Below the pieces are notes generated by a model. It had not been told where the DNA came from. It was given only the letters and a program-made list of their open reading frames with translations, and ran no database searches. A stretch of DNA of 31,832 nucleotides, taken from a virus (Duplodnaviria; Caudoviricetes). The stretch lies in the IMG/VR virus record IMGVR_UViG_3300020442_001876, positions 1 through 31,832 of that record; one strand, 5' to 3'. Shown here piece after piece: positions 8,741 to 16,484 of this stretch. Position numbers and translations under genes: made by a program. Position 1 is the stretch's first letter; each line of letters begins with the position of its first letter.

Positions 8741-9613
8741 ATGGAATTTATAAAAGAGATTACAGAAGCTAGAATGACACGTGATAGTTCAAACCAAAGG
8801 GTTTTGACCTATACCGATTGTTGTGAGCGGACTTATCTATCTCTTTTAGCACTAGAGTTTATGAGAAACTTTCCATCTTACACTTCTTTTGTGCAAGATT
8901 ATTGTAAAAAATCAAGACATCATAATTACCAACATTTTAAAATAAGTGGCACTGATCTATATAATTTAATTTACTTTATACGAGGTGACGAACATGCTCT
9001 AGGAAAACTAAAAGATCCCGGAGCCGCAAAAAGGATGCAGGCATCAATAGCTTGGCCAAAGAATGATGTTGCAGACTTTTTAAGTAAAGTAGGTAGTGGC
9101 TTAAAACCTACAAATGTTAATCAAATGTTTATACGTTTAGAGAATGGGTTAGATATACCTAATACAGATTATAAAAATAATAGACGATCTTTAACAAATT
9201 TTTCAAGACTTTCTAACAACGACAAAAAAACTCTAGCAACAAGAATACTATATGCTTTACGTGCTAAATTAAGAAACAGTGATATTATAGATGACTTTTC
9301 TAAACTAGTTGCTGGTAAGGGCTTAGAAAGTAATTGGGTAGATGACACAGAACCAACAGTAAGTAGTCCAGATATAAAACCTACCACTAGTGCTGACTAT
9401 GTATATTACCGCCTATTAGCTAAACCAGAAAACTTAATATTAATAAAAGGTTTCCTTGAATATATGAGAGCAGGAAAACCTATACCAGGAAACATGGTAC
9501 GTGCATACCAACCAGTAGCACAAGCAATGGATGACATTGTTCGTGCAGGCCCATCTTACATCAATATGTTAAGATCTATCCAAAATCGGGCCAAAAACAG
9601 CGTAAAAAGCTAA
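8741..9613 (+). CDS. Hypothetical protein, candidate head-internal protein
   Basis: 290 aa ORF; starts MEFIKEITE. Confidence 0.75.
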   Translation: MEFIKEITEARMTRDSSNQRVLTYTDCCERTYLSLLALEFMRNFPSYTSFVQDYCKKSRHHNYQHFKISGTDLYNLIYFIRGDEHALGKLKDPGAAKRMQASIAWPKNDVADFLSKVGSGLKPTNVNQMFIRLENGLDIPNTDYKNNRRSLTNFSRLSNNDKKTLATRILYALRAKLRNSDIIDDFSKLVAGKGLESNWVDDTEPTVSSPDIKPTTSADYVYYRLLAKPENLILIKGFLEYMRAGKPIPGNMVRAYQPVAQAMDDIVRAGPSYINMLRSIQNRAKNSVKS

Positions 9614-9629
9614 AAATACCTATTTTCAC

Positions 9630-9664
9630 TAAATACATATGTAACAACTTCACTGAGCGTGAAG
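9630..9664 (+). promoter_or_regulatory. TAAATA late-promoter-like motif followed by a 5'-UTR stem-loop
   Basis: TAAATA 9630-9635; CTTCAC-tgagc-GTGAAG 9648-9664; AAGGAG RBS downstream. Confidence 0.6.
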
Positions 9665-9689
9665 GCTATTTTACGATAAGGAGAAAAAA

Positions 9690-10025
9690 ATGGCAACAGT
9701 AACAAGAGTAAATGGCTTAGGCCATGCACACGGGACACTGTATTCAACAGCAAACCTCGACTTTTACGCAATTGACACAAAAGCAACACTTGCTTCACAA
9801 GGCGGAATCGGCGGAGCAATTGAAGCAGTTATGCAAGAGTGTCAAGCACTTATGCATGTTTCATCTGGAACAGACGGATTCATCGGCATTATCGTTGATG
9901 GACACTCAACTAGTGCGGCAGATCTTCAAGCAAGAGTACGAGCATTAGGTACAGTGAATGGATTTGATCTATCAAGTTCAACCGTGGCATTACAAACTAA
10001 CCTATTCGATATTGCAGACGCATAA
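9690..10025 (+). CDS. Small putative virion structural protein
   Basis: Strong AAGGAG RBS; Ala/Gly/Thr-rich; starts MATVTRVNG. Confidence 0.65.
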   Translation: MATVTRVNGLGHAHGTLYSTANLDFYAIDTKATLASQGGIGGAIEAVMQECQALMHVSSGTDGFIGIIVDGHSTSAADLQARVRALGTVNGFDLSSSTVALQTNLFDIADA

Positions 10026-10056
10026 TCGTAGATTACTTACATAATAGGAGAAGAAT

Positions 10057-10395
10057 ATGGCAACAGTAACAAATACAAACGGAATCAGCAGATCAGGTAG
10101 TGGTAACGGTCCAAGAACCAGAATCATTAACCTTGCTAAATCAAACATGACTGAAGCAGAATTAACTGCGGCATTGAAATATCTTGCGGCAGGTGATGTT
10201 GCAGGCACTAACGATGCTCACACAATCGCGGCAGTAGCTCCATTGACAGAAAACGGTGTTTTCACAGGTGGAACAACTGATAATGTTCAAGTTATGATCC
10301 AAGGTACAGGCGCATTTACAGCGGCTTCTAACTTTGGTATTGGCTCAACAGGCGTTACATCATCATTGTTAGCTGATTTCCACGAAGGTTATTAA
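10057..10395 (+). CDS. Small putative virion structural protein
   Basis: AGGAG RBS; Gly/Thr/Ala-rich; starts MATVTNTNG, with first 16 nt identical to the gene at 9690. Confidence 0.65.
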   Translation: MATVTNTNGISRSGSGNGPRTRIINLAKSNMTEAELTAALKYLAAGDVAGTNDAHTIAAVAPLTENGVFTGGTTDNVQVMIQGTGAFTAASNFGIGSTGVTSSLLADFHEGY

Positions 10396-10418
10396 TTAAC
10401 ACCCTAAGGGGGAATTAT

Positions 10419-10455
10419 AAAAAGGGCGTTCATATTTTGTTCGCCCTTTTTTTTT
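10419..10455 (+). terminator. Rho-independent terminator, potentially bidirectional
   Basis: AAAAAGGGCG...CGCCC followed by T9. Confidence 0.85.
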
Positions 10456-10472
10456 GATCATTAAATAGTTGC

Positions 10473-10889
10473 ATGGAGAGAATACAAATATTCACTGTGA
10501 TCGACATGACAGAAACAAATGTTGGTCGTAGTGGAGAAGCCAAGCAACGTAATCAACAAGCAAATTACAACACAGTGGTACAAACAGCAGGTTTGCGAGT
10601 TAATCCTATGCCTATATCATTAGAATCTAAAGTAGGTGTTGTTGATGGGATAGGCTTTGGATCATCTATAAAAGACAAGCAGAGATACTGGGTATTCACA
10701 TTTCAGCATGAATTTGAAAATGCTCTCAATATAGATCAGCTTAAAGACGATTTTGATCTAGTACCAGTAATTACTGGATTAGATGAAACTGCTATGATAA
10801 ATAATTCTGCTTTTAGAACGAAAGATAGTGTTGAAACTAATATTGTTTTTAAGTTTGTAGATAAAGAAAATTTAGGCACAGATAAATAA
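10473..10889 (+). CDS. Hypothetical late protein, apparently leaderless
   Basis: 138 aa ORF; TAAATA 10462-10467 lies 5 nt before the ATG; no SD. Confidence 0.75.
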   Translation: MERIQIFTVIDMTETNVGRSGEAKQRNQQANYNTVVQTAGLRVNPMPISLESKVGVVDGIGFGSSIKDKQRYWVFTFQHEFENALNIDQLKDDFDLVPVITGLDETAMINNSAFRTKDSVETNIVFKFVDKENLGTDK

Positions 10890-10991
10890 ATTATATAGAG
10901 AATAGGCAATAGTATTACGGCAAACATTACATCTTACTAGGCATTAGAGATTAGGCCCCGTCCAAGAGACAAAAGGAACGGAGAGAAAGAG

Positions 10992-11228
10992 ATGGCAAGA
11001 GCCACTGAACTAGAAAAAGAAAATTTAGAAGCACACGTTGACTTATGCCAACAGAGGTATGAAGCATTGGAGGGTCGTCTCACAAAAATTGAAGAAAAAG
11101 TAGAGCATATCCATAATGATATGATTCATGGCAACAAAGCTATGATTAAAGTTATGATAGGTGCCGCCGGCACAGTAGTTGCAGGACTGCTATCCACTAT
11201 CGTAGTTATCCTTATAAACGTACAATAA
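10992..11228 (+). CDS. Small coiled-coil + C-terminal TM protein (XhlA/holin-like architecture)
   Basis: Heptad-like RYEALEGRLTKIEEKVE then hydrophobic MIGAAGTVVAGLLSTIVVILI; TAAATA at 10883-10888. Confidence 0.55.
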   Translation: MARATELEKENLEAHVDLCQQRYEALEGRLTKIEEKVEHIHNDMIHGNKAMIKVMIGAAGTVVAGLLSTIVVILINVQ

Positions 11229-11241
11229 ACATAAATACGTT

Positions 11242-11520
11242 ATGCGTATAAAAGAATTTGCCCTTGTGGCTGAAAAACAAGTATGGGCTAAAAGAGGTCA
11301 AAGCGTTGTAAGAAAGTACAGATGTACTTCTGGCAATAGAAAAGGCCGTGTCGTTGCACAGGTTTCACAGTGTTTTAAGGCTCCTGATATAAAGAAAAGG
11401 ATAACACTTAAAAAGACCAAAGCAAGACTTGGACCGAGAATGGCTAGAAAGGCACGCAGAACAAAACGCATGAATCCTGTGTCGCGTAGAGTTGCGACAC
11501 TCAATAAGGCGGCAAGATGA
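11242..11520 (+). CDS. Small highly basic protein, paralog 1
   Basis: K/R-rich; VWA..G...RKYRCT.G.RKGRV motif; TAAATA 4 nt before the ATG. Confidence 0.75.
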   Translation: MRIKEFALVAEKQVWAKRGQSVVRKYRCTSGNRKGRVVAQVSQCFKAPDIKKRITLKKTKARLGPRMARKARRTKRMNPVSRRVATLNKAAR

Positions 11521-11807
11521 TAGTACAAGAAGTAACAAGAGTTTGGGCTAGAACTGGCGGAAAGCAAACAAGAAAGTATAGATGTACACACGGACATCGT
11601 AAAGGCCGTGTAATGAGCAGTCCATCTGCTTGTAATGCTCCGATTAATGTTAAAAAGAGTGCTTCAATGGGAGCAACCAGAGCCCAACGTGCAGGTACAC
11701 AAGCGGTAAAAAGTAAAATTACTAAGAGAGTCAATCCAGCTAGTAGACGTTTACCAAGATTAAACAAACCAAAGTCTTCGCCATTCGGAAGGAAAAAGTT
11801 CAAATGA
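11517..11807 (+). CDS. Small highly basic protein, paralog 2
   Basis: Same VWA..GG...RKYRCT.G.RKGRV...NP.SRR...LNK motif; ATGA overlaps on both sides. Confidence 0.75.
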   Translation: MIVQEVTRVWARTGGKQTRKYRCTHGHRKGRVMSSPSACNAPINVKKSASMGATRAQRAGTQAVKSKITKRVNPASRRLPRLNKPKSSPFGRKKFK

Positions 11808-12712
11808 GATATCACGAATTTATAACAGAAGCAAAAACTAAATTAGTTGAATTTAAATTACAGCGAAAAGGATCTAAAGGTCCTGCTGTGAAAGAAATGC
11901 AAAAAATGTTGATAGCTTTGGGATACCTTAAGCCTACGTTCAAATCTAAAAGAACAGGTAAAACATTTCCTAATGACGATGGTGTATTTGGTAGTGGCAC
12001 TGCAAGAGCTGTAAAAGCATTCCAAAAAGCTCAAGGCTTGAAAGTTGACGGGTTAGTAGGTAAAAATACTATTATGGCGATGCGTAAAGTTGCTGACAGA
12101 AAAGAACGTGGAGAAATGGATGCAAAGAAAGCCGCTGGCGTTGGCAAAGCAAAACAAGAACTTGACACATTAGTTAAAAATGTTCTAAAGAAGAGAGAAG
12201 ATAAAAAAATTGCTGATCTTGTAGATCAAAAGATTAAAGGCAAAATGCGTAATCCAGAAATGTTTGATGACTTAAAATCTTTAATTTCAGCAAAAGGTAA
12301 AGTAAGCGGAGAAGAATTTGGTAAACTTGCAAGAGCATATGTTAATAAAGATTTAGCAATGTATGTGCAAAAATTAGACTTTGCTGGAGCATTGGACTTT
12401 ATGCTACAGAAAACTACAATGTTACCGCCGGCAGAAAGAAAAGACGTTGTGCAACAAGTTATGGCAATGCGAAATGAAATTTTAGCAGTCAAAAAAATGA
12501 CTCCAGACCAAGCAGTTGCAAAACATGGAGATGCAAAACAAAAGGCACAGCTAGATCGGTATAACAAAAAAATCGCAGACCTTGATAAGCAAATTAACAG
12601 AATAGATAATAGAACATTGGATGGAGTTCCAGTAGGAAGCCAAGCTGAAAAAGATTTTGAAAAGAAAGTTGGTCAGAGAACACCATACGCACTGGCAACA
12701 CAAGGAGGGTAA
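11804..12712 (+). CDS. Peptidoglycan-binding (PG_binding_1) domain protein with a T4 CTS-like N-terminus
   Basis: GSKGPAVKEMQKMLIALGY...DGVFGSGTARAVKAFQKAQGLKVDGLVGKNT; starts MRYHEFITE. Confidence 0.85.
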   Translation: MRYHEFITEAKTKLVEFKLQRKGSKGPAVKEMQKMLIALGYLKPTFKSKRTGKTFPNDDGVFGSGTARAVKAFQKAQGLKVDGLVGKNTIMAMRKVADRKERGEMDAKKAAGVGKAKQELDTLVKNVLKKREDKKIADLVDQKIKGKMRNPEMFDDLKSLISAKGKVSGEEFGKLARAYVNKDLAMYVQKLDFAGALDFMLQKTTMLPPAERKDVVQQVMAMRNEILAVKKMTPDQAVAKHGDAKQKAQLDRYNKKIADLDKQINRIDNRTLDGVPVGSQAEKDFEKKVGQRTPYALATQGG

Positions 12713-12713
12713 C

Positions 12714-12980
12714 ATGAAAATAAATGAAATTGCATCAATACTTTTGTCAGAACAAGAACTTACAGTAGTGAACTCCGATGCCCGCCAAATCACACTTGTC
12801 GATCCAAAGACAAAAATTCAAACTATCGTTCCTAAAGATCCAAATAAGCCAGGTATGATACAACCTGATCCAGACGATGCTACAGGAAAAAGTTTTAAAT
12901 TAGACATGAAATCAAATGGCACAGTACCCAAAGAAATTGGCCCAGGTGCAAAGGTCAAGGTCGGCGGTCCTGTACAGTGA
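12714..12980 (+). CDS. Hypothetical protein, candidate head-internal protein
   Basis: ATG 12714 behind AAGGAGGGT; starts MKINEIASILLSE. Confidence 0.7.
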   Translation: MKINEIASILLSEQELTVVNSDARQITLVDPKTKIQTIVPKDPNKPGMIQPDPDDATGKSFKLDMKSNGTVPKEIGPGAKVKVGGPVQ

Positions 12981-13183
12981 AGTTAAATGAACTTATAGGT
13001 GATTTCACCGTCTTTACGACTATCGAAGAACAAGCCCTGTTAGATGTTATGCCTAGTGAGCCTAAGCGTATGACAGACTTTACAGACAGAGAACAAGTCA
13101 TTTTAGAGAATTTAATCAAGAAGAGTTTAGTAAGTAAGATAGCACACAAGGACTATTTCTTGGTTATACCGAATGATAGATGA
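12977..13183 (+). CDS. Small hypothetical protein
   Basis: GTGA overlap with the previous gene; starts MKLNEL. Confidence 0.65.
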   Translation: MKLNELIGDFTVFTTIEEQALLDVMPSEPKRMTDFTDREQVILENLIKKSLVSKIAHKDYFLVIPNDR

Positions 13184-13592
13184 GCGTACACTACAACAAC
13201 TTGAAGATATTGTTTCAAATAGCAAATATCTGGCCAAAATTCCTTATCAAAAAGGTAACAGTATTCGCATAGGCAAATACGTTATTAGGAAAAATAGATT
13301 CGGATATTTGATATATGATTGCCAATCTCATGAACAAAAAACTTCTACTTGGAGTAAAAGTGCGGCTTTAGCACTGGTAAAAGGTTGGGAAGAATCAAGA
13401 AACAACGCACCGGAAATACGTAGATTAGATAAAATTGTAGAAAAAAATGAATTAGATGCTATGTTTTACAGAAACACAGTAAACAAAAGCAGTGATAAAT
13501 CAAGAATACTATCAGCTCAAACACGCTTAGATATAGCAAATGAGCTTATATATGATGCAAGAGTCAAATTAGCCGATATGATTATTTACTGA
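13173..13592 (+). CDS. Hypothetical protein
   Basis: 139 aa ORF overlapping the previous stop. Confidence 0.7.
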   Translation: MIDERTLQQLEDIVSNSKYLAKIPYQKGNSIRIGKYVIRKNRFGYLIYDCQSHEQKTSTWSKSAALALVKGWEESRNNAPEIRRLDKIVEKNELDAMFYRNTVNKSSDKSRILSAQTRLDIANELIYDARVKLADMIIY

Positions 13593-13628
13593 TATGATAA
13601 ATAAATATAATACGTTAGGAAAACAGCT

Positions 13629-15047
13629 ATGAAACTAAAAGAAATTTCAAAACCACAAACAACTGCATCTCTAAACGAGAGTCTTGCAAAAACCTTTGGT
13701 CAAAGAATCAATGTTGATGCTTTCACTTTAGAACAATTACAGGACGCTCGAAATAAAATAAGAACTGAACTTAGTCAAATAGAAACAAATGAAAGTTTTG
13801 ACTCTGTGCTGAAAGATTCCGACTACCAAAAGAAAAAAATGTTCCTAGACGTATTAAATTCCGCAGTAGCTGACAGAGAATCTATTTCAGAAGATAATGA
13901 AGCAGACAAGGATGACAAAATGAGCACTGTAAATGAAAAGGGCGCCAAGCCAGACTATTTAGATTTTGACAAAGATGGCGATAAAAAAGAACCTATGAAA
14001 AAAGCTCTTAAAGATAAAAAGAAAAAAGGGCCTGTAAAAGAAGGTGACGGCATTTATCATGATTGTGCTAAATCATTTAAGCATCCTAAGTTAGGTGAAT
14101 GTGAGTGCATTCCGGGACAACATACGTTACTAGAAGACGGAACTGTTACTCATTATGATGTTAAGTTTAAAAAAGACGGTAAACTTTATATTGCAAAAAA
14201 TGTGCCTATTGCTGAAGCAACTGATATTGTTTCAGAAAGCCATAAGCATATGCCTAAAAAGAAAAAGAAAACTAACGAAGGTATTTCACCAGTGCCAAAA
14301 GATGGAAAATGTCCAAATGGATATACACTATCTCCAGATGGTAAAAAATGCATTAGAGATAAGAAAATGGACGAAGGAAAAAATCCTACAAAAGCTCATG
14401 TAATGAAAATGGTAAAAGATGGCAAGTCCGAAAAAGAAATGATGGACATGCATTCAGATGCAGATAAGGACAAATTAAAGGCAATGATTAAAGATTGCAA
14501 AAAAGAAATGAAAGAAAACAAAGACCAAGGTAAAGTAATTATTGAAAATTATTTTAAGTCATTAATTGAAGGCGAAGAAGACAAGGCTGAGATTGTAATG
14601 GCGGCTAAGGACATGGTAGACAGAATTACAAGTTGGATGGAAGACACAGCAGAAATGCAGGCTGAGTCTATGCTTGAACTTGGTGATGCAATTAGAGACG
14701 AGTTAGGAGCATCACAATCTGAATCTTATATCCAAACTGTTAAGCCATCTTTAGAATCTTTGTATGCGGCATTAGAGGTAACACGTGGGGCACTTACAAG
14801 CGGCGTAGCCAAATTGACAGGCGAAGAAGATCCTGCACAAATGATGGGCGACGAAGCAGGTGCAGAGCCAGCAGTAGATGCTGATATGGAACCATCCATG
14901 GATGCAGAAGAGCCAGCGGCACCAGCAGATGACTTTGACGCTTCAGAACCAGCGGCAGGTGGTGAAGACGAAGCAGGCCGTGCTAAAAGAGAATCAATAG
15001 AATTATCAGTAAAACTAGGCCAAATTCTTAGTTCAAAAAAAAAGTGA
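13629..15047 (+). CDS. Prohead core/scaffold-like modular protein with many (hydrophobic)-X-E sites
   Basis: Tandem TAAATA 13598-13607; starts MKLKE; charged modules end at LNE/VNE/VKE/VSE/MDE/MKE/LIE; acidic Pro/Ala tail. Confidence 0.55.
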   Translation: MKLKEISKPQTTASLNESLAKTFGQRINVDAFTLEQLQDARNKIRTELSQIETNESFDSVLKDSDYQKKKMFLDVLNSAVADRESISEDNEADKDDKMSTVNEKGAKPDYLDFDKDGDKKEPMKKALKDKKKKGPVKEGDGIYHDCAKSFKHPKLGECECIPGQHTLLEDGTVTHYDVKFKKDGKLYIAKNVPIAEATDIVSESHKHMPKKKKKTNEGISPVPKDGKCPNGYTLSPDGKKCIRDKKMDEGKNPTKAHVMKMVKDGKSEKEMMDMHSDADKDKLKAMIKDCKKEMKENKDQGKVIIENYFKSLIEGEEDKAEIVMAAKDMVDRITSWMEDTAEMQAESMLELGDAIRDELGASQSESYIQTVKPSLESLYAALEVTRGALTSGVAKLTGEEDPAQMMGDEAGAEPAVDADMEPSMDAEEPAAPADDFDASEPAAGGEDEAGRAKRESIELSVKLGQILSSKKK

Positions 15048-15427
15048 GAATCAACGAAGTTACAGACTCGAGCTCTAAATTAGTTCAAGTATTAAGAACT
15101 GTGATTTCAAGTGCGGACAGAAAAGGCACTCCTTTATTTTTACATTTCACAAAACCTAAAGAAGAAAACATCAAACAAGGCGCTAAGAACCTTGACTTGA
15201 ACAAACTAATGCAAAATGTAGGCGGTGAACAGTTTGATTACGGAACTTTTAAAGCCGCCTACGACACTGATCCAAGAGTCAAAACAATGGTTTCCAATTT
15301 CAGTGCAGAAGGTATTGAACCCAAAACAGCTGAAAAAATAGATTCAGATACTCCACAACAAGACACAACAGGTGACAAGGTTGCAACAATGGCTAAATCC
15401 GCAACCAACCTTGGCGATAAATTATAA
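15044..15427 (+). CDS. Hypothetical protein (GTG start or -1 frameshift extension of the previous gene)
   Basis: GTGA overlap immediately after A9; starts (M/V)RINEV. Confidence 0.7.
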   Translation: MRINEVTDSSSKLVQVLRTVISSADRKGTPLFLHFTKPKEENIKQGAKNLDLNKLMQNVGGEQFDYGTFKAAYDTDPRVKTMVSNFSAEGIEPKTAEKIDSDTPQQDTTGDKVATMAKSATNLGDKL

Positions 15428-15428
15428 C

Positions 15429-15457
15429 TTGACATTTAAATACTTTTCGTGTAGTAT
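15429..15457 (+). promoter_or_regulatory. Sigma70-type promoter upstream of nifU-exonuclease-pyrF
   Basis: TTGACA 15429-15434, 17 bp, TAGTAT 15452-15457. Confidence 0.7.
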
Positions 15458-15481
15458 TAATAGAATACGGAGAACATTTTT

Positions 15482-15820
15482 ATGACTGATAGAACAGATG
15501 AAGAAATCATCGAACAAATCAAGCATCTGATTGAAACCAATGTAAAGCCAGCAGTGGCAAGCCATGGTGGTGTAATAGATTTTGTAAATTATAAAGACGG
15601 GCATCTTAATCTTATACTAGGTGGAGCATGTAGTGGTTGTGCTAGTAGCACTATCACGCTGAAAATGGGCGTTGAGAACATGATAAAACATTATGTTCCA
15701 GAAGTACAATCCATTTCAGCAGAAGATGATCCAAACAGCACTGTAGACCCATATTACATGCATGACCCATTTATGGAGAGATTTGACGAATACGAAGATG
15801 CCCATGACGCTGATAAGTGA
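15482..15820 (+). CDS. NifU/NfuA-like C-terminal domain Fe-S cluster carrier protein
   Basis: VKPAVASHGG...LGGACSGCASSTITLKMGVENMIKHYVPEV with CxxC. Confidence 0.93.
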   Translation: MTDRTDEEIIEQIKHLIETNVKPAVASHGGVIDFVNYKDGHLNLILGGACSGCASSTITLKMGVENMIKHYVPEVQSISAEDDPNSTVDPYYMHDPFMERFDEYEDAHDADK

Positions 15821-16484
15821 AAAATTTAAATACAAACCTATAGAACGAAAACAAATTGATGGTAGGAGAAAATATTTAACTCCTGACGGAAAAGCCGTAG
15901 CTAGTGTTACAACTATACTTGATGCCACTAAAGATAAAACACATTTAATTAATTGGCGTAAAAGGGTAGGAGAAGCAAAAGCACAGGAAATCACTATCGA
16001 AGCGGCAGGCGTGGGTACACGAATGCACAAGTATCTTGAAGATTATATTGAGACTGGAGATTGGCCTACTCCTGGTAGCAATCCTTATGCTCAACAAGCC
16101 CATAAAATGGCAGGTGAGATAAAAAAGAAAGCATTGAAAGATGTAAATCAAATATGGGGATCAGAAGTTAATTTATACATGCCCAGTATGTATGCAGGAA
16201 CTACAGATCTAGTCGGACAATACAAGGGCAATGATTGCATAATGGATTTCAAGCAAACTAACAAGCCAAAGAAAGAAGAATGGGTTATAGATTATTACCT
16301 TCAATTGGTTGCTTATGCAGAAGCCCATAATGAAATTTATGGTACAAATATAAAAGAAGGACATGTGTTCATGTGTTCTCGTGAATTACAATATCAACAG
16401 TTTGATGTTTGGCCTCATGAGTATGATGAATGGCGTGAAGAATGGTACAAGAGGTTATACACGTATTATGACAAACACTTCTAA
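15804..16484 (+). CDS. PD-(D/E)XK exonuclease (phage/MGME1-like)
   Basis: SVTTIL, WRKRVG, GTRMH, YAGTTDLV, IMDFKQ, QLVAYA; start ATG 15804 or 15798. Confidence 0.88.
   Translation: MTLISEKFKYKPIERKQIDGRRKYLTPDGKAVASVTTILDATKDKTHLINWRKRVGEAKAQEITIEAAGVGTRMHKYLEDYIETGDWPTPGSNPYAQQAHKMAGEIKKKALKDVNQIWGSEVNLYMPSMYAGTTDLVGQYKGNDCIMDFKQTNKPKKEEWVIDYYLQLVAYAEAHNEIYGTNIKEGHVFMCSRELQYQQFDVWPHEYDEWREEWYKRLYTYYDKHF

Noticed and set aside
15436-15442. TAAATA inside the nifU promoter spacer as a late promoter
   Set aside because: It falls within a well-spaced sigma70 promoter and cannot be distinguished from chance
15804-16484. Possible Cas4/CRISPR association of the PD-(D/E)XK nuclease
   Set aside because: No four-Cys Fe-S motif, no other cas genes and no repeat-spacer array seen in the window
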